Shown: one piece after another, positions 20,833-30,760 of the stretch
Layout of the letters: every line of letters starts with the position of its first letter
How positions within the stretch are numbered: position 1 is the first letter of the stretch
NCBI GenBank assembly: GCA_034521425.1
Contig: JAXHMP010000001.1
Coordinates: 2,569,737-2,633,736, forward strand
Length of the DNA stretch: 64,000 nt
Direction of reading: 5' to 3'
DNA from: Bacteroidota bacterium
GTDB lineage: Bacteria; Bacteroidota; Bacteroidia; Bacteroidales; JAIOZK01
Notes under the pieces: model-generated
Database searches by the model: none
Told to the model about the DNA's origin: nothing
What the model saw: only the letters and a program-made list of their open reading frames with translations
Translations under genes and position numbers: made by a program

Positions 20833-22944
20833 CTAATAGTACATAATCCTGTCATCTGTGATTTCAGCCTCTTCTTCCAGGGCTCTGTAAACACCATTGT
20901 TATTAACCCGCCTGCCAAAATTGTTCAGGATCTGCATAACATAGGGATCATAATTTTCTGTACCGGGAGCTTCCAGCAGCTCATCAACGATTACGCGATA
21001 AACGCCCGAACTGCCTACAATGGGAGCAGAAACCACACCCGGTTCAAGTGTAAAGATCTTGCCAACTACACCGGGTTCACGGCCAAAACCGGAGAGGTTT
21101 GCTGAACCGAATGCAATGGTGAGGGTATCAACCTCAACGCCATAATCATTGGCCATTTGGTAAATATTACCCTGCAGGGCGGCCATTTGTTCTTTCAGGT
21201 ATTCCCCTTTCTTTTCGCGGATAATAAAGGCTTCAATAATATCCCTTACATCTTCGAGGCTTTTGAGGCCTTTTTCCTTACGGTCTCTCAGAACGGCCAC
21301 AATATAACGGTCGTTCATATCAAATACCGGGGAAACATCGCCGACCTTAACTTTTTCATCGAAAGCCCATTTAATGATGGGCCTTGGGTATTCAATCCCC
21401 GGCACGTTGTTGGTCATCTTGGCAATGGCCGGTGCCGAGCGCAGGGTCATGCCTTCTTCTGCAACAGATTCCTCAAAGTCTGCAATATCCGTATTCTCTC
21501 CGGCAAAAGCACTGGCTTCGGTATAAACCTTTTGCACTGTTTTGTTGCTTGGTTCAATGGTTCTTTCAACGATGGCAACCCTGACCTTTTTCACAGCTTC
21601 TTGTTTGTCGATGATCTTGATCACATGGAAACCAAATGGTGTTTCAACCATTTCCACATTTCCAACATTACCGTTTACCACTGCTTCGTTGAAAGGATGC
21701 ACCATGGCCTGGTCGGCAAACATGCCAAGATCCCCGTCATTCTGTGCGGCTGAAGGATCATCTGAATAATCAGCGGCAAGTTGTTCCAGTTTTGCGGGGT
21801 TCTTTTTGATCACATTATACAGGCTGTCGGCCAGTCGCTGGGCTTCATCCCTGCTTCTGCTGATGTCCTGAGCAGCTCTGAATGCCCCCTGGTAACTTAT
21901 CAGGATGTGGCTGGCCTGCATGCTGTCGGGACGGTACTGAACAGCCATCAGGCGTCCCATCTGGTAAGCGCCATCCTGCATATAAGGAGCAACAGTGGTA
22001 CCCACTTCGGAATTCATCATGGTGCTGTCCATCATAACCGGCAATTCATCTTTCTTATACCAGGTCGAATCATACCTTCTGTCGGAAACTGCATTTACGA
22101 ACATTTCCACATTATCAATGGTCTTGAGTTCTTCATACAATTCCGCCACCTCTTCCTTTACCTTCTGGTGATCCTCTTCCGAGGGAAGTACGTCAAATAC
22201 CACATAATCAAAGTCTACCGATTCGTCCTGTTCATATTTGTACTTGTTTTTTTGGTAGTATTCTTTTACTTCCTGTTCGGTGAAAGAGATCAGGCTGTCG
22301 GGAACATCAAAGAACCTTTTGCCAATGAGCCTGACAATCGCTTCTGTTTCCTGTTCCTCGTAAATCTTTTCTTTAAAAGGCGTGGGCAAGTAATAACCCT
22401 TGGTGATCAGGGTACTGTATTTCTCCTGCAAGCGGTCTTGCTTGATGGCTTTTTCAAAATTGATCCACTGGTTCATTGCTTCCGGTCCCATCTGGTCAAG
22501 GTTCTGCAAATACTGCAGTACCTGTTGCCTGTTGTACTGGCCTGTATTGGGATCTGTGAAATACTGCAGGATGAACCTGTGGGGGTTCTGACCCTGCACC
22601 AGTTCAAAGAGTTCTTCCGGGGATACATCAAGCCCGATCTCATCAAACTCCTCATTCATGATGATATCATACACCATCTGTTCCCAGGTACGATGCCTGA
22701 TACCGTACTCCTCTTGAGCAGTAAGATTTTCCTTCTGCTTGTTCTGTTTTTCGATCTGAATATTCTGTTCTAGTTCGTTTGAAAACTCCTGGTAAGTGAT
22801 TTCTTCACCATTCACCTCGCCAACATTATTGGAACGGGAGGGACCGCTCTTTACGAAGTCGCCCAGAACAAATGCTGCCAGGGCGATACCCACTACGATC
22901 ACAATTAATCCCGAATGTTTTCTAATCTTTCCGATTACCGCCAT
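20833..22944 (-). CDS. ppiD: Periplasmic chaperone / peptidyl-prolyl isomerase PpiD-like
   Basis: 703 aa with an N-terminal anchor (MAVIGKIRKHSGLIVIVVGIALAAFVLGDF) typical of PpiD and a parvulin domain (ASHILISYQGA...DLGMFADQAMVHPFNEAV...TPFGFHVIKI). Confidence 0.85.
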   Translation of the reverse strand: MAVIGKIRKHSGLIVIVVGIALAAFVLGDFVKSGPSRSNNVGEVNGEEITYQEFSNELEQNIQIEKQNKQKENLTAQEEYGIRHRTWEQMVYDIIMNEEFDEIGLDVSPEELFELVQGQNPHRFILQYFTDPNTGQYNRQQVLQYLQNLDQMGPEAMNQWINFEKAIKQDRLQEKYSTLITKGYYLPTPFKEKIYEEQETEAIVRLIGKRFFDVPDSLISFTEQEVKEYYQKNKYKYEQDESVDFDYVVFDVLPSEEDHQKVKEEVAELYEELKTIDNVEMFVNAVSDRRYDSTWYKKDELPVMMDSTMMNSEVGTTVAPYMQDGAYQMGRLMAVQYRPDSMQASHILISYQGAFRAAQDISRSRDEAQRLADSLYNVIKKNPAKLEQLAADYSDDPSAAQNDGDLGMFADQAMVHPFNEAVVNGNVGNVEMVETPFGFHVIKIIDKQEAVKKVRVAIVERTIEPSNKTVQKVYTEASAFAGENTDIADFEESVAEEGMTLRSAPAIAKMTNNVPGIEYPRPIIKWAFDEKVKVGDVSPVFDMNDRYIVAVLRDRKEKGLKSLEDVRDIIEAFIIREKKGEYLKEQMAALQGNIYQMANDYGVEVDTLTIAFGSANLSGFGREPGVVGKIFTLEPGVVSAPIVGSSGVYRVIVDELLEAPGTENYDPYVMQILNNFGRRVNNNGVYRALEEEAEITDDRIMYY

Positions 22945-23108
22945 TTTATTAAAATTTTAAGGTTGCAAATGTACAACAGAAACTTAAAGTAAAAAAACAA
23001 TTCACTTATAAAATTTTATTGTACAAGGATTTGTAAGATTTTGTTAATAAAGATCAAGTTAACCTGGAAAATAAAAACGCAAAAGGCAGCCAAATATTTG
23101 ATAATTGA

Positions 23109-24372
23109 TCAGATCAGGATATTCAATTGTACTTGTTCAATCCGGTTTTCTGTAGCAGCCAGTATGGTGAACCTGAGGTGGTCTATCAGGATCTCATCAC
23201 CGGTATTGGGAATGCTTTCATCATAGTTGATGATGAGGCCGGCCAGAGTTTCAAATTCTTCATTTTTGGGAAGGTCGAGCTTATACTTTTCGTTCAGGTA
23301 GTCGATCTCGAGGCGGGCAGAAAAAATGAATTCTTTATGGTTGATCTGTTTTTCCGTTAGCTCCTCAAAATCGTATTCATCCTCAATTTCCCCGAAAATT
23401 TCTTCGATAATATCTTCCATGGTGACCATCCCGGAAGTCCCGCCAAACTCATCTACCACAACAGCAGCGCTTTTATGTTGCTGTATCATCATCTTAAGCA
23501 CTTCATTGGCCGGAATGGTCTCCGGTACGATGATGATGGATTTGAGGATGGACCGGATATTCTCAGGGTTCCTGAACATGTCGAAAGAGTGGGTATATCC
23601 GATCACATTGTCGATGCTTTCCTTGTATACCAATATTTTTGAGTGGCCGGTGCTGATTAAACGTTTCCGGATCTCGCTAAGCGGTTCATTTTCTTCCACA
23701 GCCTCGATCTCCGGCCTGGGCACCATACATTCACGCAGTTTCACATTTTTAAATTTGATGGCATTCTGGAAGATCTGTATTTCCTGGGCACCTTCTTCCT
23801 CGTGGTCGCCTGAAGATAAATTCCTTCACATATTCATCCAGGTCGATCGGGCTGAAAGTGTAACTCTCCCGGGAAAATTTCTGGCGGAATAGTTTTACCA
23901 GTATCCATTCGGCAAGGCCGATGAAAGTATAGATTAGGGGGTAAAAGATATAGTAGAAAATGGTAAGCGGCAAGGCAAAGAAGTTCAGGACCGCATTCGG
24001 TCTGATCCTGAACAGGGCTTTAGGAATGAATTCAGCCACCACCAGAATGATCAGTGTGGAGATGAGTGTTTGGATGAGCAATACCAGGAGCTCATGTTGC
24101 AAATTTGGAGGCAGCAGCTTATATGTAACGGGCTCAAGCATGATGGCCATGGCCGTACCATAAATGACCAGGGCTATATTATTGCCCAGCAGCAAAGCAC
24201 CGATAAAGCGGGAGGGTTTATTAATAAAGCCCGAAAGAATGCGTGCCGAGAAACTGCCTTTGCTTTTATCAACTTCCAGTTTCAGTTTGTTTGAACTGAT
24301 AAAGGCAATCTCCATTCCTGAAAAGAAAGCCGATAGAATGAGCATTATTATGACAATGAGCCAGGGATTCAT
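23109..24372 (-). pseudogene. CNNM/HlyC-CorC family transporter-associated protein (DUF21 + CBS pair + CorC_HlyC), split by one frameshift
   Basis: The DUF21 membrane part is in 23749-24372 (MNPWLIVIIMLILSAFFSGMEIAFIS). The CBS pair and C-terminal domain are in 23109-23744 (LRECMVPRPEIEAV...). The expected join ...EEEGAQEIQIFQNAIKFKNVKLRECMVP is restored by a 1-nt change near the A3 run 23818-23820. Confidence 0.85.
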
Positions 24373-24413
24373 TGCTTTATTTCCGAATTAGAATCATCAT
24401 GATAAAAGTAAGT

Positions 24414-24989
24414 TTATTTATCGTCTTCTTCAAACTCAAACTCCCCGCTCGGATCGAAAATCTCGTATTTATCAAAGGATTCGTCTGATTCAAGGCCAGT
24501 CCCGTAAAGCACATCTTCATTGGTCGTTATCCTGACCGTGGTGTCCGCATAAATGATCTTCTTGCGTTGATCCCAGATCAGCCGTTCGGTGTCGAGCTGC
24601 TCATTTTTGGCAAAATTAATGATCCGGACATTTTTCCTGGCCTCCATCAACTTTTTCTTCATGAAGTTGATTCCGTATTCTGCCGTAAGCCGGGACTGTA
24701 TCTGGCCCACCGAGTCGAAGAACTCCACTTTGAAACCGTCGGGGAAAATGATATGCTCATCATCCCCGCTATACTGGTACATCAGGGGGCTGGTAAGTAT
24801 GGCCTGTATCTCACCCGAATCGCTCCTGATATATTCGATGTTCCTGGCCGTTAACTCGGGCAGGGTATCGATCTCCCCGTAAGCCACAACAGTTTTGATA
24901 TCCCTTTTACATGCAAAAAGCATTGCCATGACCAGGATCACGACAATGCTTTTTATAAGATCAGATTTTATTTTGAACGCTGTATTCAA
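24414..24989 (-). CDS. lptC: LPS export periplasmic protein LptC-like
   Basis: 191 aa with a signal/anchor and a beta-jellyroll-like sequence. The position between the TPR gene and the CNNM gene is as in other Bacteroidota. Confidence 0.65.
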   Translation of the reverse strand: MNTAFKIKSDLIKSIVVILVMAMLFACKRDIKTVVAYGEIDTLPELTARNIEYIRSDSGEIQAILTSPLMYQYSGDDEHIIFPDGFKVEFFDSVGQIQSRLTAEYGINFMKKKLMEARKNVRIINFAKNEQLDTERLIWDQRKKIIYADTTVRITTNEDVLYGTGLESDESFDKYEIFDPSGEFEFEEDDK

Positions 24990-24998
24990 TGCTATGCT

Positions 24999-26390
24999 CT
25001 ATTTAGCAGCACGTACTGTAGTTGTTTCGTTGATCCAGCAAGTTACAGTGTAAGGATCCCCTTCGGCCAGGTCATGGAAGAACAGTTCCTCCTTGGTAGG
25101 GAAATACTTTGAATAGGAAGAGATCCTGTCGTTGGCCATTTCAGCAACGCTTGGATCCATTTTCTTGGCCTTGTAATAATAATCAACTGCAATCCAGTAC
25201 ACAGCCTTTCTCATGATATCATCGCTGGTACAATCGTTCGAGCTGGCTGCGTATAGGTCCCCGATCAGGATATAAGCACTTCCTTTCTCCGGGTTGGCCT
25301 CAATGGCCTTGCGGGCCATTTCACGTGCTTTGATTATATTCTTTTGCATCTGGAAGCAGAATGCCATATAATAATATGCATCCGCCCTGTCCTCTGCATC
25401 TTCAAGTGCGGTAGCTTCCTGGAGGTATCCAATGGCTTTGTCATAATCCTTTTTGTTGATCAGCATTTTACCGATCATAAAAGCAGCCACAGGTGAAGGT
25501 TCAAGATCATACAGCTTTATACTGGTTTCAAAGAAAAGCTCGGTATCATTGCATTTCTTTTTGTCGAGCATTTCGGTGATCTTCTTCAGCATTTCAATAT
25601 CATCGGGTGTTTGATTGAATTTCTTGCCGTATATAGCGACCAGGTCTTCACAGGTAGCAAAAGGTTCAAAGGTAACCTCAATATTGCCTTTTATATTTTC
25701 CCAGATCTGCTGGTTCCTACCGGTAGCATTTTCGAGGTTATGATCAATGATCTCCGAAACCTTGTCGTATGTTTCAATGATAACCGTTGAATCCATTTTA
25801 CAGGAAGTGGCCATTTTGATGGCCGTCCTGAAATAATACACCAGCACGGCACCGCTTGATTTCTTGCCTTCCAGTTCTACAGAGCGCTTGAAAATATCAT
25901 AGGCTTCTTCAAAATCACTGGTGCGGAAACGGTAAAGGTCCACCCCTTTGCGGCCCAGAATGTCGCCTTCATTGTTATAATAATGGATACGTTGATCATA
26001 AAGCATCATCAGGGTGTCGATGTATGCATCCTTTTCCTTTGGGGTTTTGGCATTTTCGATGAGATGTTTACCAAGGATATTCGCCCCGTCAATGTATGTA
26101 TTCTGTGTACCACAGGGGCAGTTGAGGAAAACCCAGCGCCAGGGCTTTATGGCATCTTTTACAATATTGTTCTTATAGTCTTCTTTTTTCCATTGTTTAT
26201 AAAACTCCCTATACAAAGAGATATTCATAACACATTTGACCGAATCTTCTGCTGTTGCCCCATATTTGTTTTCACATAAACCACTGGACTGGTCATCATC
26301 TTCTTCCACCTGGGCAAAAACCGCAGGACCAGCGAGTAAGCTCATGCTGAAAAGCAAAAGGCCAATGAAGATTTTTCGTTTCATAATCAT
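24999..26390 (-). CDS. Tetratricopeptide-repeat protein, secreted
   Basis: 463 aa with a signal peptide. TPR-like helices occur in the C-terminal half (ADAYYYMAFCFQMQKNIIKAREMARKAIEANP...). Confidence 0.65.
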   Translation of the reverse strand: MIMKRKIFIGLLLFSMSLLAGPAVFAQVEEDDDQSSGLCENKYGATAEDSVKCVMNISLYREFYKQWKKEDYKNNIVKDAIKPWRWVFLNCPCGTQNTYIDGANILGKHLIENAKTPKEKDAYIDTLMMLYDQRIHYYNNEGDILGRKGVDLYRFRTSDFEEAYDIFKRSVELEGKKSSGAVLVYYFRTAIKMATSCKMDSTVIIETYDKVSEIIDHNLENATGRNQQIWENIKGNIEVTFEPFATCEDLVAIYGKKFNQTPDDIEMLKKITEMLDKKKCNDTELFFETSIKLYDLEPSPVAAFMIGKMLINKKDYDKAIGYLQEATALEDAEDRADAYYYMAFCFQMQKNIIKAREMARKAIEANPEKGSAYILIGDLYAASSNDCTSDDIMRKAVYWIAVDYYYKAKKMDPSVAEMANDRISSYSKYFPTKEELFFHDLAEGDPYTVTCWINETTTVRAAK

Positions 26391-26409
26391 ATATTTTTGT
26401 TATACCTTC

Positions 26410-27705
26410 TTAATTGTATTTTGGTTTCACGAACCAGTGTTCGTAAATTGAGATTGCAAAGATAAATCTTATAAAGTTTTCCTGTATCAAATTGTCCTTT
26501 GTCGTCCCCCAACGGCCAATTTCCACTCCAAGGTTCATATTTGATCTGGATTTCCATACAGGGAAACCCACTCCAAAACTTATGCCATACTCTTGCATTT
26601 GATTTCCTTCCAGGTTGAGGCTGCTGTTGGTATATCTGAACCCAAAGCGATAGGTAAGTCTTTCCCAGTAAGAAAAAATGCTGTATTTATCGGGGGTGAA
26701 TTGTCCTCCAAGGCTGAAGCTAAGCCGGTTATCCAAAGAATCGGACTGCCCGAATTGTTCAAATTTCTTCCAGTTCTGCCAGGTAAAATCGGCTCCGAGC
26801 AACCACTTATCGGTTTTCTGCAGGACAATCCCTGCTCCGATGCTGCCTGGTAATAGAATGTCTCCTTTGATCCCGGTTGAATACTGGATGGTATCCCTGT
26901 AAAACCTGATATTGCTCTGTTCACCATAGAAGCTTCTGACCAGGTAATCCTTGTCGGCTCTCAACTTCGTCTGGTTGCTGAAAGTCAGTCCGAGCGTATA
27001 GCTAAGGTCATTCTTCATGGGCTTGGTGTATTGCAGGCCGTAAGAAAATATAAAGTCATTGGCCGCAACTGAATTATCCACCCGGGTACTCATGTAAAAT
27101 CCCGAATCGGGAAAAGTAACCGAAACACCCCGGTCGATGGTCCCGAAAACAAAGGAGGCATTGGCCCCGATCGACAGATTGTCGTTGATCCTGATCCCGC
27201 TTCCAAAATAAACCTGGTTCAATCCGCCTGAACCATCATTGAGGAACCTGGCCTTTCCTACATGATCAATCTCCTTTTCCTGTAAAACCTGATAGCCCAC
27301 ATTGCTGTAAGGCAAGAGGCCGAAACTTGCCCGCCACCATTTTGCAACAGGAAATCCAAAGGTCAGGTAATTGAGGGAGGCAGACCTGGATTCTTCACTC
27401 AACTCGGCCGACTTCAGGGTGCTGATGGTAGAATACAGGGCGCCTTCGAATAAAAAGGACAAAGAATCAAAAGCTGTATAACTGGCAGGATTGGCAGGAT
27501 TGATCAGCATGCTGTTTCGCCAGGCGTATTTAATACCGCCCATCGACATGCTGCGTACGTTATTGTTAGTATTGTTAAGATTTCCGACTCCGAAGAGGGT
27601 GTATGGTGAGTTGATCCTTGTTGTGGTTTGCGCCTGGCTGGAAATACCTGCCCATAAAAACAATGAAATCAAAAATAATGTTATACCTGCCTTAGCTCTT
27701 TTCAT
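26410..27705 (-). CDS. Putative outer-membrane beta-barrel (porin-like) protein
   Basis: 431 aa with a signal peptide (AGISSQAQ), alternating amphipathic beta-strand pattern and aromatic-rich strand ends. The family is uncertain. Confidence 0.55.
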   Translation of the reverse strand: MKRAKAGITLFLISLFLWAGISSQAQTTTRINSPYTLFGVGNLNNTNNNVRSMSMGGIKYAWRNSMLINPANPASYTAFDSLSFLFEGALYSTISTLKSAELSEESRSASLNYLTFGFPVAKWWRASFGLLPYSNVGYQVLQEKEIDHVGKARFLNDGSGGLNQVYFGSGIRINDNLSIGANASFVFGTIDRGVSVTFPDSGFYMSTRVDNSVAANDFIFSYGLQYTKPMKNDLSYTLGLTFSNQTKLRADKDYLVRSFYGEQSNIRFYRDTIQYSTGIKGDILLPGSIGAGIVLQKTDKWLLGADFTWQNWKKFEQFGQSDSLDNRLSFSLGGQFTPDKYSIFSYWERLTYRFGFRYTNSSLNLEGNQMQEYGISFGVGFPVWKSRSNMNLGVEIGRWGTTKDNLIQENFIRFIFAISIYEHWFVKPKYN

Positions 27706-28435
27706 TAAAATCCAGTATAATGTTCAATCCGGTCAAAACCAAATTTGGGATTGCAAAGATGTTATTTTTTAAGCTTTTATCAAAATAATTCAAGTCGCCA
27801 CCACTTAATAATACTGTTAAATTTTCATAAACCCCGGCATAGCGGTCGATCGTGGCGTCTACTTCCGCTCGTATTCCATTCATAACCCCCGATAAAATTG
27901 ACTCTTCGGTGGATGTGCCGATTAGATCAACGTTCTGCCTGCCTTCCAATAACGGCAATTGATCGGTAAAATTATGGAGCGCCCTGAATCTTATCTGCAT
28001 GCCGGGTGAAATGGCTCCCCCATGATAAACCGAATCGCGATCGACAAAATCGTAAGTAATGCAGGAACCGGCAACCACTGCCAGCACATTTTTTCCGCGG
28101 AACAGGGTGGAGGCCACTGCAGCCACGGCCATACGGTCCCTGCCCAGGGTTTCAGGACTTTTATAGCCCATTGTGTAAGGCAGGGGTGTAAGCTGGTTGA
28201 ACTTAAGCAAACTGAAGTTCGATGAAAGATAATGGTCAAAACTTTCAGGATAATTCACAACAGAGGAAAGGATGACAGAGTGGGGCTTGCTGATGCTGAA
28301 AGTCCTGAGAAAATATCTGGTAAATGCTTCCAGGTCTTCCTCTCCGGATGACAACTTTTCGAGCTTCACCAGCTTGTTCCCCTCGAAAAGGGCAAACTTT
28401 TTCAGGGTATTCCCAAAATCCAGTACCAGCTTCAT
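27692..28435 (-). CDS. coaX: Type III pantothenate kinase
   Basis: 247 aa. MKLVLDFGNTLKKFALF and later GRDRMVAAVAA-like (GRDRMAVAAVAS) and GGDL motifs. Confidence 0.9.
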   Translation of the reverse strand: MKLVLDFGNTLKKFALFEGNKLVKLEKLSSGEEDLEAFTRYFLRTFSISKPHSVILSSVVNYPESFDHYLSSNFSLLKFNQLTPLPYTMGYKSPETLGRDRMAVAAVASTLFRGKNVLAVVAGSCITYDFVDRDSVYHGGAISPGMQIRFRALHNFTDQLPLLEGRQNVDLIGTSTEESILSGVMNGIRAEVDATIDRYAGVYENLTVLLSGGDLNYFDKSLKNNIFAIPNLVLTGLNIILDFNEKS

Positions 28436-28519
28436 CCTTTTGTGTGTTTAATCAGTTGATACAAAATAACCAAAGATAATTCATAACATGTATAAATTAT
28501 TAATGAAATTAACGAAATT

Positions 28520-28550
28520 TTTGCCAAATAAAATTTTTGAATTAACTTTG
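28520..28550 (+). promoter_or_regulatory. Bacteroidota sigma-A-type promoter for tRNA-Phe
   Basis: TTTG at 28520-28523 and TAACTTTG (TAnnTTTG -7 box) at 28543-28550, with 19-nt spacing. The tRNA starts 15 nt downstream. Confidence 0.45.
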
Positions 28551-28564
28551 CAAGCTCAAATTCC

Positions 28565-28637
<73 letters not shown>

Positions 28638-28647
28638 CAAAAATTTA

Positions 28648-28677
28648 ACCCGGTATACTTCATATCGGGTTTTTTTT
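28648..28677 (+). terminator. Rho-independent terminator after tRNA-Phe
   Basis: ACCCGGTAT (28648-28656) pairs with ATATCGGGT (28662-28670), 9 bp including one G-U, with a 5-nt loop and a T8 run. Confidence 0.75.
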
Positions 28678-28958
28678 ACACCCGAACCCATGCATTATTG
28701 CTACATCATTTACAGTAAAACTATTCTGCAAGCAAGAAAACTTGAAAATCACATAAGGTCTATGAAAAAATCGCAAGCATTTTGACGTCTTAAAACAATA
28801 AGGGAATAAGGTTTGAGATCATTCATAACATAGTATTTATATTGGCAAAACCCGGAATTTTCCCATCAAATTTGTTACATGCTCCAAACGTTTATAGTAT
28901 TGACATCTATAATTTTTTGATTATTTTTATTTCTCAATTAATGCACCTTGTTTTTCAA

Positions 28959-30053
28959 ATGAGAAAGTTTATTTTAACAGCAATTCTTTTCATTATCTGC
29001 GTATCTGCTTGTCATGGTTCCAGAAAGGCTGATAGCTCAAGAGTTCCGGCAAGCATTGGTGTAAAAGCTCACTATGGATTTGTAATAATTCACTCCAGGC
29101 ACCTTAGACCGATAAGTGATTCTTACCCCTTTGGTATTGAGGCTAACATCATGTGGCACTACAACAGGGAAAGATCATACAACAAATGTTTATGCTTTCC
29201 CCGAATAGGCTTATCGCTGAGCTACTGGAATTTTGATAACCCCCGGGTATTGGGACATGGATTGAACATGCTTTTCTTGCTTGAGCCTTTCTTTGGGATA
29301 AACAGAAAGCTAAGTTTTTCATTCCGGGCTGGAATGGGTTTGTCTTACGGTTCGAAACCCTACCATAGTGAAAACAACCCGGATAACATGTCATATAGCA
29401 CATATATTAGTTTTCCTCTGGCCATCGCTGCAACTTTAAATTATAAAATTAATTCCAGGTGGCTTTTGAATCTCTCAGCCAACTACAACCATATTTCAAA
29501 TGGCGGTATTAAGGAACCCAATAAAGGCATTAATTATCCTACGGTTAGTGCGGGGGTTGATTATTATTTCAGGGATGGCAGTTTTACACCTTATAAAGCA
29601 ACCGATTGGAAACAAAAAACAAAAAAACGAAACCTTTATTATTTCGAACTTTTTCTTACAACCCAGCGTTACGACTCACCTGGAGTGGATAAGAAATACC
29701 CTATCCTGGGGCTGACCTTCAGGTACAGCCGGCAGGTATCAAGAATCAATGCAATTAGTTTTGGAACGGAAGCGCACAATGACTGGCGTTACAAAAAAAA
29801 GATGAAAATAGAAAAGAAAAACACCGATCACCGCCTTATAGGAGTCATGGCGGGCAATGAGTTTCTTCTTGGGCAGTTTGTGTTTTATCAGCTATTTGGG
29901 ATATATGTATATAATCCGTATAAAAAAGAAAATTTTTATCAGCGTTATGGTTTCTTGTTCCGGTTTAATGATTTTATAATTGGCGGTATCGGACTTAAGG
30001 CACATGGACATGTTGCTGATTTTCTGGATGTGAGGTTGGGAGTGGTTTTGTAG
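28959..30053 (+). CDS. Acyloxyacyl hydrolase (lipid A deacylase PagL-like outer-membrane protein)
   Basis: The likely start is ATG 28959 (MRKFILTAILFIICVSA). A beta-barrel pattern is present, with NHISNGGIKEPNKGINYPTVSAGVDYYF, the conserved HxSNG-type motif of this family. Confidence 0.7.
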   Translation: MRKFILTAILFIICVSACHGSRKADSSRVPASIGVKAHYGFVIIHSRHLRPISDSYPFGIEANIMWHYNRERSYNKCLCFPRIGLSLSYWNFDNPRVLGHGLNMLFLLEPFFGINRKLSFSFRAGMGLSYGSKPYHSENNPDNMSYSTYISFPLAIAATLNYKINSRWLLNLSANYNHISNGGIKEPNKGINYPTVSAGVDYYFRDGSFTPYKATDWKQKTKKRNLYYFELFLTTQRYDSPGVDKKYPILGLTFRYSRQVSRINAISFGTEAHNDWRYKKKMKIEKKNTDHRLIGVMAGNEFLLGQFVFYQLFGIYVYNPYKKENFYQRYGFLFRFNDFIIGGIGLKAHGHVADFLDVRLGVVL

Positions 30054-30313
30054 CGGCGGTGTCGTTGCTTGGCTACAGTGCTAAATTATCAATCAATTAT
30101 TTGAGATAGGGCTCAATCATACGAGAAAGACTACTCTTATGGGATAAGGCATATTATTTTGCCTTATCAATCACGGATTTATTAATTTTAGTACATCATG
30201 TTTTGATTTAATTAATATTAACGCAATCATTTCTGATGCGATGGCTGATTTTAAGTTAAATTTTTATAAACAAACCAGGAAGTTTTTCTCAAACTCAGCA
30301 TAAGAAATTAAAT

Positions 30314-30693
30314 ATGACAAAAATATCCGTTTACTTCATTTTCGGGATCGCTGTCATGATCTGTTTTGCCGGCTGCCAGAAGATCGAAAATGATCCGCCA
30401 GGAGAGATTTTTGAGAACGGCCTGATCAATCCCACGATGGCAGAACTCAGGAGTTCTTCGATAATGGCTACAAAATCATCTAAGGACGTGTGGAGTTGAA
30501 CAATATCAGCGGGCTGAGCAACCTGGAATCTGTTGGCACAGACCTTTCCATCAAGAACAACATCAGTCTGCGGGACCTCTGCGGCATCAAAACCCTGTTA
30601 AACCTGGGCGGTGTCGCCGGGAGTATTCTGATATCCAACAAGCTCTTTAACCCAGGCGAACAGGATATCATCAGCGGTAATTGCAGCATCTGA
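30314..30693 (+). pseudogene. Small LRR-type lipoprotein, disrupted (one frameshift plus one in-frame TAA)
   Basis: Signal/lipobox MICFAGCQK. The reading frame changes near 30446-30450, then ...QEFFDNGYKII-TAA(30481)-GRVELNNISGLSNLESVGTDLSIKNNISLRDLCGIKTLLNLGG (leucine-rich repeat pattern). Confidence 0.5.
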
Positions 30694-30760
30694 ACACACT
30701 GTTCCCTTGAAAAAGATTATCTTCGCTTTCCAAGTTATTTAATACCATGTATCAGTAAAA